Shown here: one piece after another, positions 55,060-64,000 of the stretch | How the letters are laid out: every line of letters starts with the position of its first letter | Position numbering within the stretch: the stretch's first letter is position 1 | IMG/VR virus record: IMGVR_UViG_3300025886_000017 | Strand: one strand, 5' to 3' | DNA length: 64,000 bases | DNA from: a virus | Made by a program: the position numbers and the translations under genes | Notes under the pieces: generated by a model | Database searches by the model: none | What the model saw: the letters and a program-made list of their open reading frames with translations, nothing else | Told to the model about the DNA's origin: nothing

Positions 55060-56349
55060 ATGCCAAAACAATTCTTTAACTCACTACCACTCGTCGGATA
55101 TGACATCAACAATGATGGTAATATTAAGACCGCCACGAATATTCTGACACGAATAGCAAGGAAGGCAAGTCTTGCGATAGAAGGTTCTATATTCTATAAC
55201 TATCCAATGCAAGATGGAGACACAGTTGAGATCATCGCAGATAAATATTACGGGAATCCAAAGTACCACTGGGTAGTAATGCTCATCAACAATGCGCATC
55301 ATAACGTATATGATTTTCCATTGAACACAAGAACATTTGATCGATATATCGTGGACAAGTATGGATCATATGAGGAAGCGGTAGGCATTACAAAGACACT
55401 ATCAGACGCTAACACATATAGCTCGTTTGGTGTATATTCAGAAACTCACAATGAAATTCAAACAACGAGTAACAACCCTCTGCTTGTAAGTGGTACAATT
55501 CCAGCCGGAAGCACCACCACGATCAAAGCTACAGCCGCGAGCGATCCATTCTCTACATTGGGAGTAGGGAACATGGTTGAATTGTTTGTGCCTAGTGCAT
55601 GGCATGATGTCAATAATAATACATCAGAGATGCTGGGATACTCACATCCCGCAGAGATTCTTGCAAAGTCTACGCGAAGTGATGGTACATATGCCATCTC
55701 AACTAACATGGACTCAAGACGGTATCCTGCGTTTGATTGGCAAGAAGATGGGTTTCTTAAAACAGAATCCGGTGTCACGAGCCAAGTGACATCACCGGCA
55801 ACAGCAAATCAAACACACATTTGGTTGTCCACCGATACAGAAGGCGGTTTATATGCCACGAATGGATTCATTACATTCACTGAAACTCCGGGTGAAGGCG
55901 TTGATTCAGCGTCTCTTGTCGGTAACAATTTTCCAATCGAATCATATGATGAGACATATAATATCGTAACGCTCGGTGAGAATTATAAGCTCCCAGAGGA
56001 ATTCAAAACCGGTTGGGCATATACGATAACATATGGTGGATACCACATCACGTCCGGTGATGTTGGTGATGTTCGTATTGAGGGCGATGACATTACTCTA
56101 CGCAGCGCTGTCCATCACTTTGAGATGGATGTGTACAGCGATGGGGGGACTCTGCTTCTGAATGATCATCAAATCACAAAGAATGAGTATGTGAATAGTA
56201 GTGTCGGTACTGCCGCAAATAAGCGCATAGTGAATAACTATGATTTTGAACTTGATGATGATAATAGTAAGCGCAATATAATTCTATTGAGATTGGAACT
56301 TCTGCCGGAATTTGTGAAACAATTCACCAATCTGCTTAGCGGGAAATAA
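55060..56349 (+). CDS. gp53: Baseplate wedge gp53 with internal insertion
   Basis: FFNSLP, GDTVEIIADKYYGNPKYHWVVMLIN, NYDFE..DN..KRNI.LL. Confidence 0.85.
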   Translation: MPKQFFNSLPLVGYDINNDGNIKTATNILTRIARKASLAIEGSIFYNYPMQDGDTVEIIADKYYGNPKYHWVVMLINNAHHNVYDFPLNTRTFDRYIVDKYGSYEEAVGITKTLSDANTYSSFGVYSETHNEIQTTSNNPLLVSGTIPAGSTTTIKATAASDPFSTLGVGNMVELFVPSAWHDVNNNTSEMLGYSHPAEILAKSTRSDGTYAISTNMDSRRYPAFDWQEDGFLKTESGVTSQVTSPATANQTHIWLSTDTEGGLYATNGFITFTETPGEGVDSASLVGNNFPIESYDETYNIVTLGENYKLPEEFKTGWAYTITYGGYHITSGDVGDVRIEGDDITLRSAVHHFEMDVYSDGGTLLLNDHQITKNEYVNSSVGTAANKRIVNNYDFELDDDNSKRNIILLRLELLPEFVKQFTNLLSGK

Positions 56350-56351
56350 TC

Positions 56352-57686
56352 ATGCAAACTGACAATGATAATATGGTAAGATCCGGTGATGGTGTTGTTG
56401 AAAGTTGCTTGGTATTCTCTTCTGTTAATGCTAATCCATTCGATCTTACTGCCCTTTGGATGACCATTTCGATTTATGAGTCTATTGGGACGGATTATCA
56501 TCGCCTTGAGATGAGCTTCACTGATAATCAGAATTTGATTGAAAAGATTCCTATCATTGGCAACGAGAAGATTATCATTCGATACAAGACACAAGGGGCC
56601 AAGGAAACCAGAATTTTTGCCGGAAGAATTGTGTCTATCCCTGTTAGGACAGAGATTAATCAATCAACACGGGCATTCGTGATTGAAGCGATTACTGAAG
56701 AGTTCGTTTATAACCAGAAGATTAAGTTTTCAAAGTCTTATAATAATATGCTCATCAGTGATATGGTGAATGACATCTTTGATCAATATATTAATCCTGT
56801 TTCGGGTAAAGAGATTGCAATCGTTCCGACGATAGAACAATCTTCTAAGATCATCCCAAACTACAGCCCAATGCGCGCAATTAACTGGTTGACAAAATGG
56901 GCTCGGTCACCGGATTATCGTGAGGGTGCTAGTTATGTGTTCTACCAGAACACCAATAATTTCTTCTTCGGGCCCGTTGAGTATTTGATGGATCCCAGTC
57001 GGACACAAGGCTCATCTATACCAAATTATACTCATTCAAAGAACGTAATGACAGGGGATGCTAAATCAAAGGATATTAGTGCAGGGCTGTATAATATTAT
57101 AAACTTCTCGACCCGGACTATAGATCATATGGAGATGATTAGAGAAGGTGCCATGGCATCTTCTATCCTGTCCCATGACTTAGTTCTTGGAACCCGAACT
57201 AAGACCACATATGACTATTTTGAGTCGTTCGATGATATGATACATTTAGAACAGAATCCTATATCAAATGATGTTAGGATGGGGCAATATTCCGATAGCC
57301 GAGTTTTACTTAATCCCCAACACTACTCGGCTTTTGGCGGAGAACTAAATAGTAACGAAAATCCAAAGACAGCACTATCTCGTTTTAGTCAGTTGAGTCA
57401 TCTTAGGGGAAGTGGATTGGATATTCTCGTTCCGGGTGATAGTAATAGAACTATTGGTGAAGTTGTCAATGTGGAGCTTCCTTCCGTGGGCCCAAACGCA
57501 AAAGAAGATACGTTAGGTGACAGTGATAAATACCTATCCAGTAGGTATCTTGTTTGGGGAGTTCGACATGAAATGACACGAGTCCCATCCGGGTCCGTTT
57601 CATATTATTGTCATATGAAGTTATTTCGAGATTCATCTCGAACGGAAATACCAGCACAGGTGGCGTTTCCGTTCGGACAATCATAG
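56352..57686 (+). CDS. Baseplate hub protein (gp27-like)
   Basis: ISIYESI, PIIGNEKI, SKSY, IIPNYSPMRAI, VPGDS.RTIGEVV, GRY-like SRYLVWGVRH. Confidence 0.72.
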   Translation: MQTDNDNMVRSGDGVVESCLVFSSVNANPFDLTALWMTISIYESIGTDYHRLEMSFTDNQNLIEKIPIIGNEKIIIRYKTQGAKETRIFAGRIVSIPVRTEINQSTRAFVIEAITEEFVYNQKIKFSKSYNNMLISDMVNDIFDQYINPVSGKEIAIVPTIEQSSKIIPNYSPMRAINWLTKWARSPDYREGASYVFYQNTNNFFFGPVEYLMDPSRTQGSSIPNYTHSKNVMTGDAKSKDISAGLYNIINFSTRTIDHMEMIREGAMASSILSHDLVLGTRTKTTYDYFESFDDMIHLEQNPISNDVRMGQYSDSRVLLNPQHYSAFGGELNSNENPKTALSRFSQLSHLRGSGLDILVPGDSNRTIGEVVNVELPSVGPNAKEDTLGDSDKYLSSRYLVWGVRHEMTRVPSGSVSYYCHMKLFRDSSRTEIPAQVAFPFGQS

Positions 57687-57704
57687 CAGAATTAGGAGAA
57701 CCCC

Positions 57705-58568
57705 ATGCTAACATTCAAAGAACACCAACAGCTCGACGAGAAGGCTATTCTTTTCCAGCAAGGACAGAATTACGGTCAGATTGTATTTTTGGCAGGCGGC
57801 GCTGCGTCTGGTAAGGGATTTGCTCTGGATAACTTTATGCAGCCTGATAAGTTCAAGGTGCGTGATGTGGATGAATGGAAGAAAGCTCTTATGAAGCTAG
57901 ATGCGATTGCTGTTGATGTGGACAATAATTATAAGCAGAAGGGGATCGACACTAAAGCAAAGTTCGGTGTTCGTGCGTCGGAACTCAATCTGAAGAATGA
58001 AGAGGATGTGTTCCGACTTCACGATATGGTGGATCAGCTCGGATGGAAGGATAAGACGCTGGATCTTCTTCTTGGCGGCGCGAAGAATGCAGATCGTCTC
58101 CCCAATATTTTATTTGATATCACAATGAAGAATACGAATCAGGTGAGCAAAACCCTTCCGAAGCTGCTCTCACTTGGATATAAGCCAGAAAATATTCACC
58201 TTGTCTGGGTTCTAACAAACTTCAATGTTGCTCTTGATCGAAATAGATCCCGCCCCCGAAAGGTGCCAGAGTACATCGTTAAGCAAACACATACAGGCGC
58301 TGCTACCACAATGATGGAAATTGTGAAAGGAAATATCCCGCGCGGAATGGATGGGCGCATTACCGTTGTGCTGAATAATAACGAAGAGACGATATTCTAT
58401 CTCGATAAAGATGGCGAAAAAATGAACCTTGTTAAGAGTTTTACGAGTATTGATCTGAAGCGAGAAGGAAAGCGGTTTGAGAAGGATGGGTATGTGGATA
58501 ATCAGATTCATAAGTGGGTGATGAAGAACGCCCCGAGGGAAGTCGCTAAGGATATTAGGAACCGATAA
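57705..58568 (+). CDS. P-loop kinase-like protein (AAA_33/zeta-toxin-like) with capsid-targeting-like N-terminus
   Basis: VFLAGGAASGKG Walker A, ILFDIT, ALDRNRSRPRKVP lid; begins MLTFKEHQQLDE. Confidence 0.8.
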   Translation: MLTFKEHQQLDEKAILFQQGQNYGQIVFLAGGAASGKGFALDNFMQPDKFKVRDVDEWKKALMKLDAIAVDVDNNYKQKGIDTKAKFGVRASELNLKNEEDVFRLHDMVDQLGWKDKTLDLLLGGAKNADRLPNILFDITMKNTNQVSKTLPKLLSLGYKPENIHLVWVLTNFNVALDRNRSRPRKVPEYIVKQTHTGAATTMMEIVKGNIPRGMDGRITVVLNNNEETIFYLDKDGEKMNLVKSFTSIDLKREGKRFEKDGYVDNQIHKWVMKNAPREVAKDIRNR

Positions 58569-58569
58569 T

Positions 58570-58875
58570 ATGAAAAGTGGAATGGGGCTAAATGGGTTTG
58601 TCTGGTTCGAGGGGGTCATCGAAGATCGAATGGACCCGCTCGGGCTCGGTCGGTGTCGTGTCCGCGCGTTCGGGTTCGACTCAGAGAATCGCGGTGAAGT
58701 CCCAACCGAGCATCTCCCTTGGGCATACCCAGTTCTTCCTCTAAATAGTGACAGTGGTCAGGTTCACGCACCCAAAGAGGGAACGTGGGTGATTGGATTC
58801 TTTCGTGATGGCGAAGATGCACAGGATCGTGTAATCTTTGGGACAATCAATACGGGAGCATATAATGGCACATGA
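58570..58875 (+). CDS. gp5 N-terminal OB-fold module (stand-alone)
   Basis: WFEGVIEDRMDPLGLGRCRVR.FG, LPWAYP, EGTWVIGFFRDG..AQ..VIFGTI. Confidence 0.9.
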   Translation: MKSGMGLNGFVWFEGVIEDRMDPLGLGRCRVRAFGFDSENRGEVPTEHLPWAYPVLPLNSDSGQVHAPKEGTWVIGFFRDGEDAQDRVIFGTINTGAYNGT

Positions 58876-60550
58876 CGGAACTTCACATCCAGATTTGCCG
58901 AATGCTCCCGGGCTTACTTCTTCGGTTCCAACTCCATTGCCGAATGCTCCCGGGCTTACTTCTTCTGTTGCGGAAGATCTTCCGGTACCCGCAATTGATC
59001 CAGATGTAGCAGGTGCCTTGGCCGCCCTAGATGGAGTGCCGCCCTGCGCAGACATCGCTGGAGTTATCCTCAAAGAATTCCCTGATATAAAAGTAGTGGT
59101 GGATCTTTTGGCGGCAGGTATAGGGGCCGCGGAAGGAATCTATGCGAAGACCCTGACCCAAGATCCCACCTCTTTGACGGATCAGGCTAAAAGTGCATTT
59201 ACCGATGCGTACACGAAGACCGAGCTAGCCGTGATTAATGCTGCAAGAGATCTCAAAGGGGCCGCCGAAGAGATTGCGGCCGAGGCCAAGCAAGCTGTAT
59301 ATGATGAGATAGGTAAAATCGGTCAACTATATGAGGCCATAGCCCAAGGCGTGCTTGACATAGGAACAGCCATCGAAAATCTCGATGAAGCTGCAATTGC
59401 CGCTATGGAAACTCAGTTTCCCGGATTTAAGAATGCCATAGAATGTCTCAAGGGTGGACCAGAAGGATCTCCCGTCCGTGAAGCGGCGGGTGAAGGTGCC
59501 AAAGCTCAAACAACAACTCCGGCGCCAACAAGCCCGGCAGCCAAGAAGATTCCTGACAGTGTTCTTGATGAAGAAGACCTGAATCTTGCATTGATATCGA
59601 TTCCCGAAACGAGCGAGATTATTACGGCGCGGGCGATAATTATAGGGTTTGAGAGTTTTGAATCCAAGGCTTACTTGGATCCTGCGACCAGAAACATATC
59701 TTTGAGCGCCTACCGCGTTGGGTATGGTAGCGATACCCTTACGGCAGAAGATGGTACCGTTACACCAGTCACGCAAGACTCTATTACCACAGTGGCCGCA
59801 AGCGAGCGCGATATTGAGCGAAGACTTACCACAGAATTTGGACCCCGCGCCCGGAACAACGTTGGAGCGCAGTATTACGACGAATTACCGAATCAAGCCA
59901 AAGCAGCTTTAATTTCTTTGACATATAATTACGGGAACGTCGTCACGTCAGTCCGCGCGGCTGTGGCTACTGGTGACCTAGAGACAATTGCAAAATCAAT
60001 TGAGGCGCTCTCAGACAACCGCAGCCGCAGAAAACAAGAAGCAAATCTAGTAAGGAATGCTGTAAGAACTCAAAAGGTATTCGAAGAGGAGTATCCCCAT
60101 GTATTTACGGATCCAGATGAATCAACATTGAAATATTATGTGTACCCAGGAAACTCCGTATATAACACGAACTCCGACAAAGATCCTGTTGCTTTATTGG
60201 AACTCGCTTCGACGTTCCCAAATAAAGATCTCACACAATTGCCAGTAATGATTAACCCCACCACGATCAATTCATCAACAAGTGAGGAATTGGTGGGCCG
60301 ACCAGAAGTGGATTTACCCGAAGATCCGAAGGATACCTTCAAGGAGCTTGATGACTTGATAGAGGAGACGGGGCTCCAACAGGGGAGCATTATCATAACC
60401 ACAAGAAGCCGCACGCCGGCGAACGTAATAGAAGGCGAGTTTGAGGATAGTGCATCTACTACAGGCGTGGATGACTTTGGACGCGAAGTGACCACAACAT
60501 ACGGGTCCACGAGGTCATGGGATCCAGTTAACGGATGGAGTGACGCATGA
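58865..60550 (+). CDS. Baseplate-associated lysozyme-domain protein (gp5 middle module)
   Basis: Start moved to MAHDG (GGGAG SD); FESFESKAY, YRVGYGSDT, AALISLTYNYG, RRKQEA (phage-lysozyme-like). Confidence 0.72.
   Translation: MAHDGTSHPDLPNAPGLTSSVPTPLPNAPGLTSSVAEDLPVPAIDPDVAGALAALDGVPPCADIAGVILKEFPDIKVVVDLLAAGIGAAEGIYAKTLTQDPTSLTDQAKSAFTDAYTKTELAVINAARDLKGAAEEIAAEAKQAVYDEIGKIGQLYEAIAQGVLDIGTAIENLDEAAIAAMETQFPGFKNAIECLKGGPEGSPVREAAGEGAKAQTTTPAPTSPAAKKIPDSVLDEEDLNLALISIPETSEIITARAIIIGFESFESKAYLDPATRNISLSAYRVGYGSDTLTAEDGTVTPVTQDSITTVAASERDIERRLTTEFGPRARNNVGAQYYDELPNQAKAALISLTYNYGNVVTSVRAAVATGDLETIAKSIEALSDNRSRRKQEANLVRNAVRTQKVFEEEYPHVFTDPDESTLKYYVYPGNSVYNTNSDKDPVALLELASTFPNKDLTQLPVMINPTTINSSTSEELVGRPEVDLPEDPKDTFKELDDLIEETGLQQGSIIITTRSRTPANVIEGEFEDSASTTGVDDFGREVTTTYGSTRSWDPVNGWSDA
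58895..58965 (+). repeat. 29-nt direct repeat (58895-58923, 58937-58965) encoding LPNAPGLTSS
   Basis: TTGCCGAATGCTCCCGGGCTTACTTCTTC occurs twice. Confidence 0.9.
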
Positions 60551-62004
60551 GCGATGTTCTAACAAAGATGATATCGATTGCGAATCAGAAAAAGTTTCCG
60601 CACGTTAGACTTCCGGCCGACTTTATGACAGATGAGGGTGAACCAAAAGAGTTTACCGGATCATCCTATCGTAAGATAGGGGTTGATGGGTTTGTTGACG
60701 ATCGAGTGCGGAATGCCAACAACTTTGTGGATTATGCCCCACGTCGCTTCAAGTCAAATATGGACGGTACTGGTATGAACGTCCACGAAGAATATCCACA
60801 GTCATCGGCGCACATCGGTTGGCCAACCACAGTCGAATCCAATGTTCCTCGGCAAGCACGCGGGCAGAAAGCGGACACGATGACACAAGCGCACGACCAG
60901 CAGACAACGTTTGATGTGGCTGTTGCTACTTTCTTTGAAACGGGCCCGGGGCTCGATGGCGAGCAATCATGGCCAGGGAGCCACACATCAAGTACAAAGC
61001 AACTACCGAATCCATTTAATGCGACCTATCCATATAATCATGTTCGCAACACAGAGTCGGGTCACCTGTTTGAAGCTGACGATACACCCGGAGCAGAACG
61101 TATCAAGGAAGCGCATCGAACCGGAACATACTATGAGATCGGTCCTGATGGATCGCGTGTTACTAAGATCGTTCGCGACGACTTCACCGTTATCGTAGGA
61201 GATGAACGTGTCAACATTCAGGGATCCGCTATTATCACGGTTGAAGGTGACTGCAACTTCTATACCAAAGGCAACTTTACACATCAGGTAGACGGAGACT
61301 ATAATCTGCTTGTTAAGGGTAAAAAGACCGAGCGCGTCCGTGATGAGGTGGTTAATTCTTACCACTCAGACTATGACCTAAGAGTCGGTCAACCGATTGC
61401 TGCAACTAGACTTGGTATCGGAAAAGGGAACGGTGGAGGAAATTATCGCATCAAGGTTGGTGGCTCATATCAGATTGAAACGCAAGGATCTGCGATTGAG
61501 ATTTTTGGTGATCCCATTGGATTCGCAAGCGGGATTATACCAAATTCGTCGCGGGTTCTCGTAGGAAATTATGCGGAAACGATTATCGGGCAAGCGTCGA
61601 AGTTTGTGGGTGGCACATATGCGGACGTTGTTGGTGGAATTCGCACAGATTATACAGTCGGGCTCCACGAAGAGACACATATTGTTGCTCACGAGACCAC
61701 AACATATGGGCTTGAGCTGAACACACTCGTCGGCGGGCAAACGAACACCATCACAGGAACTCAGACGAACACCATCATAGGAACTCAGACGAACGCCATT
61801 ACCGGCCTACAGACCAATGAGATCATGGGCCTCACGTCATATGATGGAGGGTTCGTATTGGTCAACGGAGTCAATGTCCAAACACACCTTCATTCCGCCC
61901 TTTCGCCTGCATCATATCCTACATCGTATAGTTTCGCGGACTTCGCGGCGCTTGGCCCGATCGATCAAGGAACATCTGGTCCGCCAGTGCCAGAGACAGA
62001 CTGA
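60547..62004 (+). CDS. gp5 C-terminal beta-helix spike module
   Basis: YPYNHV..TESGHLFEADDTPGAERI...HRTGTYYEI; 8-residue repeats QTNTITGT; terminal THLH...TSGPP. Confidence 0.88.
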   Translation: MSDVLTKMISIANQKKFPHVRLPADFMTDEGEPKEFTGSSYRKIGVDGFVDDRVRNANNFVDYAPRRFKSNMDGTGMNVHEEYPQSSAHIGWPTTVESNVPRQARGQKADTMTQAHDQQTTFDVAVATFFETGPGLDGEQSWPGSHTSSTKQLPNPFNATYPYNHVRNTESGHLFEADDTPGAERIKEAHRTGTYYEIGPDGSRVTKIVRDDFTVIVGDERVNIQGSAIITVEGDCNFYTKGNFTHQVDGDYNLLVKGKKTERVRDEVVNSYHSDYDLRVGQPIAATRLGIGKGNGGGNYRIKVGGSYQIETQGSAIEIFGDPIGFASGIIPNSSRVLVGNYAETIIGQASKFVGGTYADVVGGIRTDYTVGLHEETHIVAHETTTYGLELNTLVGGQTNTITGTQTNTIIGTQTNAITGLQTNEIMGLTSYDGGFVLVNGVNVQTHLHSALSPASYPTSYSFADFAALGPIDQGTSGPPVPETD

Positions 62005-62034
62005 CACTAAATTTAAATAGCCTTGATCAGTTGC

Positions 62035-62042
62035 TATAAATA
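62035..62042 (+). promoter_or_regulatory. T4-type late promoter
   Basis: Exact TATAAATA, intergenic before gp25. Confidence 0.8.
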
Positions 62043-62066
62043 GAACAAACATTAGGAGCGTAACTC

Positions 62067-62471
62067 GTGTCTCGCAATACACCACTAAAGAACTTATCCT
62101 TTCGGGATTTGGATTTGAACTTCGATGTTCATCCCAATTCAAAGGACTTGATCACGCTCAAGGGAGATGATGCTATTTCGCGGTCTTTGCGTAATCTAAT
62201 CCAGTATGATCACTATGAAAAACCATTCAATCCAGACTTCGGTAGCAATATCAGGCGAAGCCTATTTGAGAACTTCGGGCCCCAGACAGCAACCACGCTC
62301 AAAAATGAAATAACTCAGGTCATCCAAAACTATGAGCCCAGAGTAGATGTACAGTCTGTCAGTGTAAGTGCAGACGCAGATGAAAATCGGTATAGGGTGG
62401 TTATCAAATACTTAGTAGTAAATCAAGCAACAACTAGAACCGCACAGCTATTCTTAGAGAGGCTACGATAA
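62067..62471 (+). CDS. gp25: Baseplate wedge/sheath initiator gp25
   Basis: FRDLDLNF..HP, AISRSLRNLI, EKPFNPDFGS, LFEN, YEPRV; GTG start with AGGAG SD. Confidence 0.94.
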   Translation: MSRNTPLKNLSFRDLDLNFDVHPNSKDLITLKGDDAISRSLRNLIQYDHYEKPFNPDFGSNIRRSLFENFGPQTATTLKNEITQVIQNYEPRVDVQSVSVSADADENRYRVVIKYLVVNQATTRTAQLFLERLR

Positions 62472-64000
62472 TGGCGAGTACCGACAGGCTAAACGTCACA
62501 GAGCTTGACTTTGATAGCATAAAATCAAGTCTCAAGCGATTTCTAAATGGACAGCCGGAGTTTACAGACTATGACTTTGAGTCTTCAGGGTTGTCTGTGC
62601 TTCTGGATATCCTTGCATACAATACGCACTATCAATCATTCTATTTGAACATGATCGCAAATGAATCCTTTCTTGATACTGCCACGACACGAGAAGCGAT
62701 AGTCTCTCTTGCAAAGGGAATCGGATATACTCCACGCTCGATTACCGGGGCTGTGGCATATGTTGACCTAACATTCCAGCCAAATGATCTTGGTGGTGAG
62801 ATTGATGGTGAAGCTTCGCCAGTATCTCGTCTTGGAGCAGAAGTCAACATTCCAAAGGGATCAGTCTTTACATCTGAGCTTTCCAGTAAGACATATTCAT
62901 TTGTTACAACAGATTCATACATTGCTCGACCAACAGCTAATACGACAGGTGGATATCTGATCGGCGCGACCCAAAGTAGCGGAGTTGTACCATATACCGT
63001 TTCCGACATGAAAATAACTCAGGGTATATTTGTTAATGCTCAGTATATATTTAACTCACAAGTTGACCAGCAGTTTACTATCCCTAATAGCGGAGCAGAT
63101 ACTTCCACGATCAGTGTTCTTGTTACAGATTCAATCGCATCAACAGCCACAGAGGTGTACACGAAGGTTGACAACTACGCAAATCTTGACGGTGAGTCTA
63201 CTTCATTCTTCGTGAATGAGGCGGCGGATGGACGATTTGAGATTTACTTCGGTGATGGTTTGGTTGGCAAGAAGCCCACGGACGGATCAATTATTGATAT
63301 CACATACGTTGTCCCTGAACCGGAAGCAGGAAACGGGGCGACCACTTTCCGAGCTGATCCTCTTCGTTCTCCATTTTATGGAACTGGTGGATCAACTCAC
63401 ACATATAATCCAACCACATTCACGTCGATCAACGCATCTGGAGGGCGAGATCGTGAGTCGGCCGACTCGATTCGATTCCTTGCTCCGCTCAACTACGGAG
63501 CCCAGAATCGTGCTGTAACCAAGGAAGACTATGTTACTGCGATTCGCTCTGAGTATCCTCAAGTTGAGTCGGTTGCTGTATGGGGAGGCGAAGATGCTGA
63601 AATTCCACTCTATGGGCATGTTTATATTGCAATCAAACCATCAGAGGGGTTCTTTCTGAGTCAAACAGAAAAGCAAAACATCATTGATAATATTCTTGCG
63701 CCTCGAAACGTTATTGGAATTACTCCCGTCATTGTAGATCCAGATTACATATTCCTCCAAATCACATCCGATGTAACATGGAACCCACGACTAACAGGGC
63801 TCACCCAAGCTACTTTGAGAAATGGTATTGTGGCAGAAATTTTGGATTTTGGTGATAGTCAACTCGAAAAGTTTAAAGAGACGTTCCGATACTCTCCTTT
63901 CACGCAATTGATTGATAATTTCGATTCTGGAATTTTGGGTAATATTACCAGTGTGAATCTGCGAAAAGAAATCACCCCCGCAATCGGAACGGCCGCCAAC
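62471..64000 (+). CDS. gp6: Baseplate wedge gp6 (3' truncated by window)
   Basis: Hand translation MASTDRLNVTELDFDSIKSSLKRFL...FTDYDFESSGLSVLLDILAYNTHY...AQNRAVTKEDY; no stop before the window end. Confidence 0.95.
   Translation, partial: MASTDRLNVTELDFDSIKSSLKRFLNGQPEFTDYDFESSGLSVLLDILAYNTHYQSFYLNMIANESFLDTATTREAIVSLAKGIGYTPRSITGAVAYVDLTFQPNDLGGEIDGEASPVSRLGAEVNIPKGSVFTSELSSKTYSFVTTDSYIARPTANTTGGYLIGATQSSGVVPYTVSDMKITQGIFVNAQYIFNSQVDQQFTIPNSGADTSTISVLVTDSIASTATEVYTKVDNYANLDGESTSFFVNEAADGRFEIYFGDGLVGKKPTDGSIIDITYVVPEPEAGNGATTFRADPLRSPFYGTGGSTHTYNPTTFTSINASGGRDRESADSIRFLAPLNYGAQNRAVTKEDYVTAIRSEYPQVESVAVWGGEDAEIPLYGHVYIAIKPSEGFFLSQTEKQNIIDNILAPRNVIGITPVIVDPDYIFLQITSDVTWNPRLTGLTQATLRNGIVAEILDFGDSQLEKFKETFRYSPFTQLIDNFDSGILGNITSVNLRKEITPAIGTAAN

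Noticed and set aside
58838-58875. Programmed frameshift joining the gp5 OB-fold to the lysozyme ORF
   Set aside because: No slippery heptamer or downstream structure seen, and the second ORF has its own GGGAG SD

Overview
Phage DNA from a large T4-like myovirus (T4 superfamily, with the one-strand layout of environmental T4-likes). Every credible gene is on the + strand, and the window starts and ends inside genes. In order: (1) replication block (gp43, glutaredoxin, UvsX, gp40-like, gp41); (2) a 6-23.6 kb late accessory block of putative internal head proteins interleaved with an unusual set of large signal-peptide-bearing, cysteine-rich lyase/hydrolase/fibre/collagen proteins; (3) primase, ThyX, class II ribonucleotide reductase (NrdJ), RuvC-like resolvase; (4) a seven-gene glycan-synthesis cassette; (5) early/accessory genes (DenV-like, RNase H, vWA/CobT-like, zinc ribbons) and four tRNAs; (6) gp33, Hsp20 with a ROSE-like RNA thermometer, gp59, gp32; (7) head-completion and baseplate genes (gp4, gp2, gp54/19-like, gp26, gp51, gp29-like, gp48, gp53, gp27-like, a three-way split gp5, gp25, partial gp6). 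The best candidate for an undescribed system is the exported, apparently disulfide-bonded fibre/depolymerase cassette, possibly working with the glycan cassette. Next are several enzymes carrying T4-style capsid-targeting N-termini and a phased TTGCCAWTTT box upstream of promoters that share a 16-bp spacer. All calls come from motif recognition by eye and no database searches were run. Several starts were moved from the ORF track using SD and overlap evidence.
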